DNA of 64,000 nt from an uncultured virus (IMG/VR IMGVR_UViG_3300037067_023910) (IMGVR_UViG_3300037067_023910); one strand, 5' to 3'; shown: positions 26,306 to 36,533, numbered from the stretch's first letter. Notes: a model not told the origin generated them from the letters alone. Made by a program: numbers and translations.

Positions 26306-27331
26306 TTAGCCATTTTGTGATCTCTCTTGCTTTTTTTGTGGTGAGACAAATAAATCTAACCGGCATTGTTTTCTGGAAGGGGCAGACTCCTGATTTTTCT
26401 TCACGGGATTCCATGGGGGGGTAATGAGGTATTCTTCGACCTTTTTATTTTGCCCCGTCCCCCCGGTCGTATAGTGGGTGGACACCGTTTCGATATGGCA
26501 CCATTGAAATAACGCTTCAAATTCCGGTTTGATATTCAATGTCAATAAAAAATAATCCGTCCGGGGCAAAGACATCAAGAGGGTATTTAATTCTTCATAC
26601 CGTTCCCAGGGAAAATCTTTGACTTCGTCTTCATACCCTTCTACCCCTAAATAGGGCGGGTCAATAAACCAGACCCGGGTATGGTTTTGGTATTTCAAGG
26701 CAATCTTGAACACCCGGGTAAAATCTTGGCCTAAGACCTCGGTCCGCCGCATGCGTTCCCCGACCCACGTCAAGGGCCGAAAAATGCGGTAGCGAAGGCG
26801 GTTTTTCTCTGTCCGGGGGTCATTTTCAAAATAGGTCATGGTCCGGGCTGTGAGTGACCCCCGGTAGGCCATATTACTATAAAAGAAAAATTGAATGGCG
26901 TGTTGCACCATGAACGCTTTGGAGCCTTCGTCGGCAGTTTGGTCATATAACTCCTGGGCCGCCAAGAGTTTTTGGCGGATTTGAGCGTTTTTTTCCTCAT
27001 TATGGTAGAGGTCGTAGAGACGAAAAAACTCATTTTCATCTTTACATAGGACATTTTGCTGCTCTTCTAATTCGGGAGCGAAACGTTTCCCACAATAATA
27101 AAAATTCGCTAAAAGTGACGCTTTATCATTGATAATCTCTTCAAAGTGGGGTTGTTTTTCAAAATACACCCGGCCCCCCCCAAAAAACGGTTCGACATAC
27201 ATCGAATAGTCTAAGCTGTCGATAATCCCGACCAGTTTTTCAGCCAAATACCGTTTTCCCCCCATACGGACTAAAGGGGGGTGGTTTGGAAACGGCTCAA
27301 TGGGCACATTGCGGTAGGGGTCAATTATCAT
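26306..27331 (-). CDS. Dam-like (D12 class) N6-adenine DNA methyltransferase
   Basis: MGGKRYLA, YVEPFFGGG, IIND, FIDPPY. Confidence 0.92.
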   Translation of the reverse strand: MIIDPYRNVPIEPFPNHPPLVRMGGKRYLAEKLVGIIDSLDYSMYVEPFFGGGRVYFEKQPHFEEIINDKASLLANFYYCGKRFAPELEEQQNVLCKDENEFFRLYDLYHNEEKNAQIRQKLLAAQELYDQTADEGSKAFMVQHAIQFFFYSNMAYRGSLTARTMTYFENDPRTEKNRLRYRIFRPLTWVGERMRRTEVLGQDFTRVFKIALKYQNHTRVWFIDPPYLGVEGYEDEVKDFPWERYEELNTLLMSLPRTDYFLLTLNIKPEFEALFQWCHIETVSTHYTTGGTGQNKKVEEYLITPPWNPVKKNQESAPSRKQCRLDLFVSPQKKQERSQNG

Positions 27332-27339
27332 ATTCTAAT

Positions 27340-27657
27340 TCACGACGTTTGGGGGTAAGAAATTGTAGGGCGGGTTTTATATTCCTTAAATGTTCCGTCC
27401 TCGTTGGGGACGCGGACATAGGTCTCATCGCTGGGCGTATGAACAATTTTAGCTTTTGTATAGTCTATTCTTACACTCGCGGGTTTTTCTTGTACCCCTT
27501 TTTCAGCATCTTGGGCCGCTTGGAGTTCTCGGATTAAAAAATCTCGGATAGCGACCCGGATGAGTTCAGACCGGCTGGGGTAGAGACCCCCTTCACCAGT
27601 CAAGGAGTCGATCTTTTCTAAAAATGGGACAGGTAAATTGACCGTTATAATCTTCAT
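27340..27657 (-). CDS. Ribbon-helix-helix (CopG-like) regulator
   Basis: MKIITVNLP...[17 protein letters not shown]; start 27657 by ATGA overlap. Confidence 0.9.
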   Translation of the reverse strand: MKIITVNLPVPFLEKIDSLTGEGGLYPSRSELIRVAIRDFLIRELQAAQDAEKGVQEKPASVRIDYTKAKIVHTPSDETYVRVPNEDGTFKEYKTRPTISYPQTS

Positions 27658-27869
27658 TGGTGGGTCAAGACCTCCCATTCACGGCTTTTAAGGGCAGAAA
27701 ACTCACTTGGGTCCAGTGATTTGTTCATATCATCTTCTCGATCGAGGAATTGTTTCACCGCGACCCGGGTTGCTTCTGACCGACTGGGGTAATACCCCAT
27801 GTTGACCAATACTTCGATACACGCGAGATATTGGTCTGGAATGTTGAGAGTGACGATTTTTAATCCCAT
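27654..27869 (-). CDS. Ribbon-helix-helix (CopG-like) regulator
   Basis: [11 protein letters not shown]...[17 protein letters not shown]. Confidence 0.9.
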   Translation of the reverse strand: MGLKIVTLNIPDQYLACIEVLVNMGYYPSRSEATRVAVKQFLDREDDMNKSLDPSEFSALKSREWEVLTHQ

Positions 27870-27904
27870 AGCTTAACACCTGGTAAAAATGGATAAAAAA
27901 ATAT

Positions 27905-27944
27905 TGCGAGGCCGGGGCGGACTTGCACCACCCTTATCCAGCCT
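27905..27944 (-). ncRNA. tRNA-like minihelix (acceptor stem plus T-arm), element 1
   Basis: AGGCTGG-ATAAG-GGTGG-TGCAAGT-CCGCC-CCGGCCT-CGCA: 7-bp stem, 5-bp stem, 7-nt T-like loop. Confidence 0.55.
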
Positions 27945-27965
27945 TTAAGATATATGAAAAAAGGA

Positions 27966-29093
27966 TTAGAGTTGAATATTTAAATTAGACTCGATGAGTG
28001 GAATTTGTTTGATAGGAAGGTCGGGATAGAGTAATTCCCACTTGATAGTTGGGTTATTAATCGGGCACCATTTACAGCCTTGGTGGTGGTATTCATCGAG
28101 GACAAACAAAATCGTGTAAGCCGTGAGATAGTCGAAAAAGGCACATGTCCATTTAGCATCAAAAAGATGCCCAAACTGACAGTGGGCACAAGGGTAGAGT
28201 TTTAAATGTGGGTATTGATTTAAATCATCTTCGATTTCATCTGAGGGGTCTGAGGGGTCGGATTGTTCTGAGGGAATTAAGGGGGCCCAGTCCTGAGCCG
28301 AAACATTATGGGAATTCAAGGTTTCAATCTGGGCCAGGACATCATGTTCTTTCCGTTGAAGTTTTTCGTGATATTTTCTTGCGGTCCAATATATCCCTAC
28401 AATTACAAGATAAATTATGCCAAGCAATGTACTTGTATCACTGGAAATTACATCGCTAAATTCTCTTCCAGCCATATTAAAATGTGCAATGTTAACTATA
28501 TAAGAAAGGAATTCCATCGCAATGATAAGAGGTATCCCCATTATCAATGCTGCGGCTGCCGCTTCAACAATATTTACATTTGTAATTCGTTTTTTGATTT
28601 TCGCGAATTTGTTTTCATAAAATTCTTCAATGCCGACCCGCATTCTATTCCGTTCATCAGATGGGGTCGCTGGGCCTTGCCCATCAATCATAAGTTCGCG
28701 ATAATACCGGAGGTCGGTCATCATCCGCATATTCGTCATGGGGTCTTGCCCCGATGACAATCGCACCATATAGGCCCCTTGCATCATTCGCAGAGCTTCT
28801 TCATCATTTTCAAGTCGGCTTTTATATTTTTCAATGGCCCAATATGAAACAAGACCCCCAGCCTCGAGAAAACAAAAAACAGCGATTATTCCATCATTCA
28901 TACCCATCACAATACTTACGATAAAAGGAATAAGAATCCCCCAAAAAGATCCACCAATGAGTGGTTCTACATTATCATTGATCTTTTCAAGACGATTATT
29001 TATTTGGGCTAATTTATTATTTATCTCGCCCAATTTATTTACGGTCTCTTCACGGTCACGTTCAATTTCGTTTGTCATGGTCATGGTCATCAC
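27966..29093 (-). CDS. Membrane protein with duplicated coiled-coil/TM-hairpin unit and C-terminal Cys cluster
   Basis: VSYWAIEKYKSRLEND versus GIYWTARKYHEKLQRK; CAHC..C..CKWC. Confidence 0.7.
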   Translation of the reverse strand: MMTMTMTNEIERDREETVNKLGEINNKLAQINNRLEKINDNVEPLIGGSFWGILIPFIVSIVMGMNDGIIAVFCFLEAGGLVSYWAIEKYKSRLENDEEALRMMQGAYMVRLSSGQDPMTNMRMMTDLRYYRELMIDGQGPATPSDERNRMRVGIEEFYENKFAKIKKRITNVNIVEAAAAALIMGIPLIIAMEFLSYIVNIAHFNMAGREFSDVISSDTSTLLGIIYLVIVGIYWTARKYHEKLQRKEHDVLAQIETLNSHNVSAQDWAPLIPSEQSDPSDPSDEIEDDLNQYPHLKLYPCAHCQFGHLFDAKWTCAFFDYLTAYTILFVLDEYHHQGCKWCPINNPTIKWELLYPDLPIKQIPLIESNLNIQL

Positions 29094-29562
29094 CCCAATG
29101 AAATTCCATCAACTTGATACTTTCGATAGGGAGGCAGTCGTGTTTAATCCCCTCACATATTGTGCGTACAGTCTCCCCTTTACAATTACGAAATGGATAT
29201 ATAATGATTGTTTGTGTATTTTCTCTGTTTTCAATTGAAATTTGGACCTTATTGTGGGTCTGCATGTCAAATAACATAAATGATTCGTCCGAGATTCCAT
29301 AACTAATATAGCGGGGCCTTTTGTCGGTAAAATAAACCCTTAAAATAGAACTTAATTCTTGCTCATTTTTTGGGGGATTTAATGTGTTGCCCTTCAGCTT
29401 CATATAAATCGCACATTCTGACGGGAGGATATATCCTTTTCCTGATTTAAGCAATACCGGGGCATTGATAAAATTCTCCACCCGGTCATACAGGTGAAGG
29501 GTATTTTCATTTATCTCCAACAATTTATTTGTTGGGTCTTCGGGTTCGTTTTCGGGTGTCAT
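29062..29562 (-). CDS. Hypothetical protein
   Basis: 166-aa ORF in operon. Confidence 0.65.
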   Translation of the reverse strand: MTPENEPEDPTNKLLEINENTLHLYDRVENFINAPVLLKSGKGYILPSECAIYMKLKGNTLNPPKNEQELSSILRVYFTDKRPRYISYGISDESFMLFDMQTHNKVQISIENRENTQTIIIYPFRNCKGETVRTICEGIKHDCLPIESIKLMEFHWGDDHDHDKRN

Positions 29563-29665
29563 GGTCTATCACTTTCTGGTCTGCAGTGTTTTTCGGCTTC
29601 AAATAGCCTTCTTTTAGTGCCGCGTCGCGGAACCGTTGGGCGGACGTTTGTTTCTTTTTCATTGT

Positions 29666-29875
29666 TTACCTCATTTCCTTGAAAAACTCTTTCATGAGTA
29701 TATAAAACCAGACTAAAATAAATCCAATTGAAAAATAACCCATTAGTCTTCCCCCTTCTCCAAAAAAGAAGAGTATCATTAGGGTGGCGATTCCAACAAT
29801 TCCGACGATTCCAATCATTTTAAATTTATTTTCTGCAGCATTCATTTCTTTTTCTATATCATACATTTTTTTCAC
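29666..29875 (-). CDS. Small two-TM protein
   Basis: 69 aa, hydrophobic hairpin, GTG start. Confidence 0.6.
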   Translation of the reverse strand: MKKMYDIEKEMNAAENKFKMIGIVGIVGIATLMILFFFGEGGRLMGYFSIGFILVWFYILMKEFFKEMR

Positions 29876-29893
29876 CTGATATTTTGAAACATA

Positions 29894-30118
29894 TTAATCA
29901 TTTTTAAAGAAATAACAAAGGAAAGAAGACCAGATTATTATCGCTATTAATATATAGAATAATTTTTTAATATTCTTCATAAAATAACTCCAATCTGGTT
30001 TCCAGAATATTCCGACAAAGAAGATTACGAGAAGACCTACAACAATTATGGGAATTACGAATCGTATTATTAACATTTCAATAGTTTTACGGTCTTGCCT
30101 TTTTTTCATCAATGACAT
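29894..30118 (-). CDS. Small two-TM protein
   Basis: 74 aa, hydrophobic hairpin. Confidence 0.6.
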   Translation of the reverse strand: MSLMKKRQDRKTIEMLIIRFVIPIIVVGLLVIFFVGIFWKPDWSYFMKNIKKLFYILIAIIIWSSFLCYFFKND

Positions 30119-30729
30119 AATTTATAACACCCCCTCTCACAAATGCGGACGACACTTGAAGTGCCGATTTTGATGACTTCTTCTAAAGGGCATTTTAACA
30201 TCTTTGCGGCTTCTTGTTTGTTCGTTGCATACACACCATCGACCCACCATTGATATTCTTCATAATATGAATCTTGACCTTTTTCGCCAAAGGTAATATA
30301 GAAGGCTGGAGTTTGGTGACCCCGGAGGTGGTGTTTGTTTTCAATTAAATTGACCGCGTTTTTATAAGTTTCAACACATTCATCACAAATATACGGTCTT
30401 GTTGACCATAAATAATCCGTCTCACGGGGGTATCGCGTCCGGCCACACCCAATACATTGCTCATGGGCATGGCGGTCATCTTGGTCTTTAAATCCATGAT
30501 ATAATTCCTTTATAGTTATAGGAATAGGTTCTTCTGCTTTAGTGGCTTGTTCCAAGCTCACTGATTTACGTTTTTTTTCTAAAAACTCTAAAACCAGATA
30601 AACCGCCTCTGCCAGAATTAACCATGCAATCCAAGATAATAATATAATCACCCATAAATGCCCAAAAATTAACATAAAAATGCAGAAAATAGGACAGGAT
30701 ATGAGAAAAACTTCCTTTCGTTCGTCCAT
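30109..30729 (-). CDS. Membrane-anchored Zn-finger protein
   Basis: N-terminal TMs, CIGC...CDEC, GAGGTGA RBS. Confidence 0.65.
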   Translation of the reverse strand: MDERKEVFLISCPIFCIFMLIFGHLWVIILLSWIAWLILAEAVYLVLEFLEKKRKSVSLEQATKAEEPIPITIKELYHGFKDQDDRHAHEQCIGCGRTRYPRETDYLWSTRPYICDECVETYKNAVNLIENKHHLRGHQTPAFYITFGEKGQDSYYEEYQWWVDGVYATNKQEAAKMLKCPLEEVIKIGTSSVVRICERGCYKLCH

Positions 30730-30764
30730 ATCGTTTTCACCTCTAAAAGAGCTAAGTCTTGTAT

Positions 30765-31094
30765 TTATTTTTCATCATCGCCTTGAATTTTATATGGAAT
30801 ATTTAATAGCCGTGCAATGGCCATTAACGGTCCAAATACCGCCCAATCACCCCCAAACGAAATTTGTAAGTGCTGATTAGGAGGAAACACTTTCCTTTCC
30901 TGATTCTCTAAATGAGAGATCTCGTAGATAAATTGAATCCAAAAAGGGATAACAAAGAGATTTGCCACATCATGTGTGGTTTCATCATGAAGCATGAGTT
31001 TTTTTATTCCCGTTTCTTGATCTTGATATGATAAATCAACGATTATTTGAGTGTTAGGGGGATGTAGATCAAATTTTAGAATGGCTTGTATCAT
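30765..31094 (-). CDS. Hypothetical protein
   Basis: 109-aa ORF. Confidence 0.55.
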   Translation of the reverse strand: MIQAILKFDLHPPNTQIIVDLSYQDQETGIKKLMLHDETTHDVANLFVIPFWIQFIYEISHLENQERKVFPPNQHLQISFGGDWAVFGPLMAIARLLNIPYKIQGDDEK

Positions 31095-31168
31095 GTTTGG
31101 TCACTATTTCCAATTATATTTTATTTATATTATATCTCCGTGCTAAATAAAGAAAAAAAGACCGGATA

Positions 31169-31966
31169 TTAGGGCTTAATATTTTTACTGATTTCTTCTA
31201 AAAGACCCCTGTAGTGTTGTTTTGCGGGGAGGTTGGGGTTTTCATCGACCGTTTCAAAGAACCACGGCATGTTTGTAGGGAATAGCGGAATTAATGTTTT
31301 TAAATAAGAGTCAGGGAATATTATATGGATTCGTAAGATTTTGTCCTCTATTTTTGGGTATCTCTTATTGAACCATGCATTATCGAAACATGCATTATCT
31401 GGTTTTATCAAACATGATTTCCCCATCGAACTAATAAAAGTTTGTATAATACAGTCTATTAATTTCTCTCGTAAGGAAAGCAAATAAAACCAATATAATA
31501 GAAAGGTATTCCCAGTCCCAGTAGCGTCTTCAAAAATCTGCTTAACTGCTGACAAACATGCAGCCGGGTCGTCTGGATATACATTCATTAAATCGAATAA
31601 TATCTTGTACAACTCAGAATCAACAATCAAAGCCGAATTTTCACTATATTTTTTAGTATATTGCTTTTCAGCTGAAGGTAGTTTTAAATTTGTCATCCAG
31701 TCAAAAAATCGGCGTTCTTCTTGGATATTATCGACCATGTGTAATAAAAAATGGGATTTATCCGTCAACATCAAAAGAAGTTCTTTTTGTTGATCTGTCT
31801 TCTCATTGTTAAATATTGATCCATGATGGGCAATTTCCCTTATTTGCCGTTCGTCAAGATGGGCCACATCATCTAACTCTACGGGGGAGGTGCTAGAAGC
31901 AATGAGTTCTATTAGCTTCCTTTGGCTATTTTCATTGTTTTCGTTTTTGTTTTCCATTTTAATCAC
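31169..31966 (-). CDS. Hypothetical helical protein
   Basis: 265-aa AT-rich ORF. Confidence 0.65.
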   Translation of the reverse strand: MIKMENKNENNENSQRKLIELIASSTSPVELDDVAHLDERQIREIAHHGSIFNNEKTDQQKELLLMLTDKSHFLLHMVDNIQEERRFFDWMTNLKLPSAEKQYTKKYSENSALIVDSELYKILFDLMNVYPDDPAACLSAVKQIFEDATGTGNTFLLYWFYLLSLREKLIDCIIQTFISSMGKSCLIKPDNACFDNAWFNKRYPKIEDKILRIHIIFPDSYLKTLIPLFPTNMPWFFETVDENPNLPAKQHYRGLLEEISKNIKP

Positions 31967-32148
31967 TATATTTTATATTACTTCTGTTCTAAAAAAAGAA
32001 AAAGGGGGTTTTATTGGGGGGACGAATCCTATTGGATTCATTCTTTTTGTCATACATTAACCAATGAACTTAGTGATAGGCGCGTGTCATACAAAAGGAC
32101 CCAATCCCATACGGTCCATTACTTTTGTCATACGGGCGTATCACACAT

Positions 32149-32634
32149 TTAAGGGGTTTTATCGGGGGTTTTTTTCGATCTTTGTGGGTCGCCTTCGTCT
32201 ACGTCTTTTCTTTCGAAGGCGGTTTTAGACACCAATGCGATTATTTCCATTTGAATTCTAATATCTTCCCACGTGAAAGAAAATTCATTTTTCAATGATA
32301 TACATGTCCCACTCATTTTCTCTTTTGGGATTAGTTTCCACCACGATTCCATGCCGAGAATTAAGTCTTTCTTATCTAATAACAATAGACATGGATTTCC
32401 GTTAAATAATGGATTCATGATTCCAAAATCATGGACTAAAACATCACCCAAATAAACAGCTAACCGCGGTTTATCATCATCACCTTCGCGGCATGATTTT
32501 ACAACCGCCAGATGTCCTGATTCTTGAGTTCGAGTTATTTTGCCATATTTGGGGTGTTCGGTATATTTCAGAAGAATTTTCTCAATAACATCGTGCAATT
32601 CTTCTGCCGTATAGACTTTCTGTGTTGTTTCCAT
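32149..32634 (-). CDS. Hypothetical protein, tandem paralog A
   Basis: METTQKVYT...RLAVYLGDV...EFSFTWED shared with 32795..33208. Confidence 0.8.
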   Translation of the reverse strand: METTQKVYTAEELHDVIEKILLKYTEHPKYGKITRTQESGHLAVVKSCREGDDDKPRLAVYLGDVLVHDFGIMNPLFNGNPCLLLLDKKDLILGMESWWKLIPKEKMSGTCISLKNEFSFTWEDIRIQMEIIALVSKTAFERKDVDEGDPQRSKKTPDKTP

Positions 32635-32794
32635 TTATTTTCACTTCAATTTAAACATTTATTCAAATATAAAATAAAAAATAAGAGTATATCCAATTAA
32701 GAACATTCATTTATTTCTTCCAAAAGTTTTTGGGCTATTTGACGTAATATTTTGGCTTTTACATCGTCACAAATCTTGTCATAAATTCTGACAT

Positions 32795-33208
32795 CTATTC
32801 TACTATTTTTTTCATTTGATTTCTAACATCTTCCCAAGTGAAAGAAAATTCATCTTTCAAAGAAATACCTGGCCCTTTCATATATTGTTTCATATATTGT
32901 ATGGGGATAAGGAGGCCCGTTGATTCCATCCCGGTGGTCAATTCATTCTGGTCTAAAAATAAAAGACATTGCATTCCGGCAAATACGGGATGTGTTAATT
33001 CAGGACAGATAAAAACATCACCCAAATAAACTGCTAACCGATATTTATCATTATCACCTTTGCGGCATGATCTTACCACCGCAAGAGATCCTGAAATTTC
33101 AGTTAGCCTTATTTTTCCATATATCGGGTGTTCTGTATATTTCAGAAGAATTTTCTCAATGTCTTCATGCAATTTTTCTACCGTATAGACTTTCTGTGTT
33201 GTTTCCAT
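32795..33208 (-). CDS. Hypothetical protein, tandem paralog B
   Basis: Same motifs; long identical nucleotide stretches with paralog A. Confidence 0.8.
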   Translation of the reverse strand: METTQKVYTVEKLHEDIEKILLKYTEHPIYGKIRLTEISGSLAVVRSCRKGDNDKYRLAVYLGDVFICPELTHPVFAGMQCLLFLDQNELTTGMESTGLLIPIQYMKQYMKGPGISLKDEFSFTWEDVRNQMKKIVE

Positions 33209-33264
33209 TGTTCTTCACTTCATTTTTGAATAAATTTTCTAAAAAAGAGATCAAAAAATAATAA

Positions 33265-33450
33265 TTATTGTTTTATATATTGAACAGCATTTTGCATAGC
33301 TTCAGATGCCGTTTCAACGTAATTTTTCAAATATTTGGTCAATAACAATCCTACAGTTTTAGCAATATTCAACCCCGTTTTTTTAATTGCATCATAAATT
33401 TCGGGGTCAACGTAGGTCGAAATTTGTTTTTTTCCTTTCGGTGCCGACAT
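33265..33450 (-). CDS. Small RHH-like DNA-binding protein
   Basis: KKQISTYVDPEIYDAIKKTGLNIAKTVGLLLTKYL; GAGGTGA RBS. Confidence 0.65.
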   Translation of the reverse strand: MSAPKGKKQISTYVDPEIYDAIKKTGLNIAKTVGLLLTKYLKNYVETASEAMQNAVQYIKQ

Positions 33451-34085
33451 AATTTTTCACCTCTTGTTTTACTCTATTATTGACTCATCCCTTCATCTTG
33501 AATCTTTTTCCCACAAAACGGACAAAATAACAAATAAAAATTTTTAAATCCTTCTCCTTTTGGTTCTTTTGGATCAAAAATCAACCAATCATCATCTAAA
33601 TCGACATTCATCTCTTTAACGAACCGGGCAAATTCATTACATTCAAGTTTATGATTCATTTTCATCACTTCTACCCTATTCACTGTTTTTCAATTATTCG
33701 ATGGCTAAAAAAAATCAAATTGCATCCCATGCTCCCAATTCTTTAAGAAGCCACACCAAGAAGACTGCGATAATTATAAAGAGAAATAATTGGATCAAGA
33801 CGGCCTTCTCATATTTTTTTGCGATTTCAGAACGTTCAATAAGACAGACCATTTTTAACGATTTTAGTTTTTCTTCTAACTTTTTTATATCATCATCTAA
33901 ACGATTGGTCATTGGTTTATTCACTTCCTGATAACATGTGGGGCATTAAAATAGGGCACCCAATGGGTTTTTTTTGATAACAATTGGATTGATCACAATG
34001 AATGCGGCAGAGATAATGTTTCGTTTCTGTATCATAGGACAAGTAGGGACAAACGTTAATAATTGGCATAAGGAGGTCTCCTATT

Positions 34086-34394
34086 TTATCCTGTTATACA
34101 CGTTTCATTGAGACAATAAATGGTCGTGGAATTTATCCAGAACGTTTGATTCACACTACTTGTGGAATTATAGATGATTACCGTCCATTCATTAGTACAA
34201 TTGCAACAAATAATACTATCTTCATCACAATCAGTCATTGTGTCATCAGTTTCATTTTCTGGGCTTTTGGGGGTGTCATCTTGAAAATATTGAACTGTGG
34301 CTTTTTGATACCAAAGACCAATCAAACCACTCAATATTATTGCTGTTGTGACAATCAATGCTATTCCTAATAATTGTTTTTGATAGTTGGTCAT
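34086..34394 (-). CDS. Small N-anchored Cys-rich glycoprotein
   Basis: N-terminal TM, multiple N-x-S/T sequons and Cys. Confidence 0.6.
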   Translation of the reverse strand: MTNYQKQLLGIALIVTTAIILSGLIGLWYQKATVQYFQDDTPKSPENETDDTMTDCDEDSIICCNCTNEWTVIIYNSTSSVNQTFWINSTTIYCLNETCITG

Positions 34395-34777
34395 CGTTTT
34401 TCATCCATCTTCCGCTTCCGTGAGTTCGTGGTTTCCATAGAGTAATTCGATGAGAAATTCATCAATTTGGTGAATTTCTTCTTTAATATCTTTAATTTCT
34501 AATGCTATGTTATTCTTATAACCATTAAAAATGTCAGACATGACATTCTTAAAGGCAGAAGAAATGGGCTTTAATAGGCTCTTACCCTCTGCCAATTTGT
34601 CTTCAATAATCTCTTCAATATTTTCAATCGTGATTCTTTTTTCTTCAATTTCCATTATTTTCACATCATGCTTTTATTAGGCCAACCCTTTTATGAAATC
34701 ATACAGAAATATAAGACAATAAACAACAAAGATAAACAAAAACACTTCCCAACAATTCATATCGCCAAAATATTTGG

Positions 34778-34815
34778 TCATAGGTTTTTCATCATTCATA
34801 GGTTTTTCATCATTC
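34778..34815. repeat. 18-bp tandem duplication within ORF 34677..34886
   Basis: TCATAGGTTTTTCATCAT x2 (NDEKPM x2). Confidence 0.85.
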
Positions 34816-35361
34816 CAATATTTATTTTTTTTTAACTGAATTTTAACTGCAAAAAATAGATTCGTCCCGGGGATTCTGGTTATCAATCACATTGTGACAA
34901 TAAGGGCAGTGAAAAAAGGTAGCGATCCGATTTTTCGGGTTGAGTTGGATTAAGACCAACTTTTGACAGTGGAGGCACGAGATGATTTTGGCACACCACC
35001 CATTAGGCGGGTAATATTCCCCGGTGTGCAGAATGTCTGGCCCTGTTGATGAAGGCCAAATAGATACATGCTCTCTTGTTTTAGCCATGGTCAGACTCAC
35101 TTTCTCATATGAATGTTTTTTGATTCTTCTTTTTCAATTTCGTTCAATAATTCTCCAAGGATCGAATACATTGAATAATGTTCACCTGCTTGAAACGAGC
35201 CTTCTTCTCCATTATGGACAATCTTTAATTCAAAATACCATGTCCGGTCTGCTTTATCGACATTGATATTAAATGACACCGGGAGTTGTTTGGGGTCATA
35301 CTTGCCTGGATTTTCACGAAAATTAATTGACCCTAAATTAAATTCAAGTGGCTCCATTTTG

Positions 35362-35802
35362 TCATTCTCCTGGCAACAAAGGTAAAATCCCGGGTTGTTG
35401 TAACTGGGGGATGATGTTTTCGGCCACCGTCTGGCCATTTTTGAGGACAAAAAACGATAAAAACTCATGGTCCAACGTGGTAATCTCGGACTCAATCGCT
35501 TCTAATTTGGCTTTTAATACCAAGACTAACGCTCGCCAACGTTGGCGGCATGCTTGGTCAAAAGCTTTTTTTAATTGATCGGGTTGTCGTTTAATGTGGG
35601 TAGGCGTATATTCAAAGGCCGATTTTAGGGGGTATTGGACTTGAATTCGCACCGATCGGGTCTGGAGTTTAAATAAAATTTGGGCCTTTTCCCAGTCAAT
35701 GGCAAATTGGGTCGCCCCATACCGTTGAAGGAGTTTTTGGATCTCCATTTGAGACTGATCGATGGAGACGATCGTGTTTTTCGCATAACTCATGGGAATC
35801 AC
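35362..35802 (-). CDS. Conserved phage-type hypothetical protein
   Basis: YAKNT.VS...EIQKLL.RYGA...RQRWRAL.L..KAKLEAIE...EFL, recalled from many phages. Confidence 0.75.
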   Translation of the reverse strand: MIPMSYAKNTIVSIDQSQMEIQKLLQRYGATQFAIDWEKAQILFKLQTRSVRIQVQYPLKSAFEYTPTHIKRQPDQLKKAFDQACRQRWRALVLVLKAKLEAIESEITTLDHEFLSFFVLKNGQTVAENIIPQLQQPGILPLLPGE

Positions 35803-36509
35803 CAGTTACCTTTGATTATTTCGTTTAAGGTTAGGTCGGGGTCTTCGGCTTGTTCTTCAATGGCGAGTTGTTCTTTGGTGGTCAGCCAATAATCATCTTT
35901 TTCGCGGATGGAAAAGTCTTTAATGGTGACATTGCATGTTTTGCATTTAAAGGCAATTTTGGCGTTGCTTCTATCACCCCAAAAACTATCATCAAATTTT
36001 TCCTGGACGAAATGGAATTTCTCGCCCCCGCAAAAGGGGCAGATTTTCAAGTCTTTCAGCCCCATGATTTCATTAATTAATAATAATTTTACTGCTGGGG
36101 GGCAAGCTTCGGTGATTATTCCAGGGCTTGCTTCAATCTGTTCTTTAAAGACCTTCCAGAAAAAGGGATTCTTTAATAAATCGAGGGTGGACAATAATTC
36201 TTCACCTTCTTCGGACAATAAACCAGAACAATCTTCGGAATTGTCTGGGTCAAGGAGCAGATTTATTAATTTCGTTTGGGTCTGTTCTTTGAGGACTCGT
36301 TGTTGAACCCGGTGTTTGTTCCAGAAGTGTAGTTTTAATTGGGGCACTTCTGAGATAAAGAGATGTTCGGTTATGGACTGATAAGCTGGCTGAAGACGAA
36401 TTACCTTCAGCATGGAGTCCGCGGCGTCTTTTGAATGGGCAATCCCCAAGATTTTGGGGGGTATGTCCTTTCTTTCGGTGTTTATTGACATAATAATAAA
36501 ATGTTGCAT
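35799..36509 (-). CDS. Hypothetical protein with Lar-like Zn ribbon
   Basis: LKICPFCGG...CKTC. Confidence 0.6.
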   Translation of the reverse strand: MQHFIIMSINTERKDIPPKILGIAHSKDAADSMLKVIRLQPAYQSITEHLFISEVPQLKLHFWNKHRVQQRVLKEQTQTKLINLLLDPDNSEDCSGLLSEEGEELLSTLDLLKNPFFWKVFKEQIEASPGIITEACPPAVKLLLINEIMGLKDLKICPFCGGEKFHFVQEKFDDSFWGDRSNAKIAFKCKTCNVTIKDFSIREKDDYWLTTKEQLAIEEQAEDPDLTLNEIIKGNW

Positions 36510-36533
36510 AAGTAAATCATTTTCTCCTTTTTG

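Noticed and set aside
27905..27944. Bona fide tRNA gene
   Set aside because: No D arm or anticodon arm; reported only as a tRNA-like element
32043..32133. Possible mini-CRISPR array (37-41 bp periodicity)
   Set aside because: The shared unit is only 8-12 nt, far shorter than a CRISPR repeat, and no cas genes are present
32149..33208. Possible diversity-generating retroelement TR/VR pair
   Set aside because: Mismatches between the copies involve all four bases rather than adenines only, and no reverse transcriptase is seen
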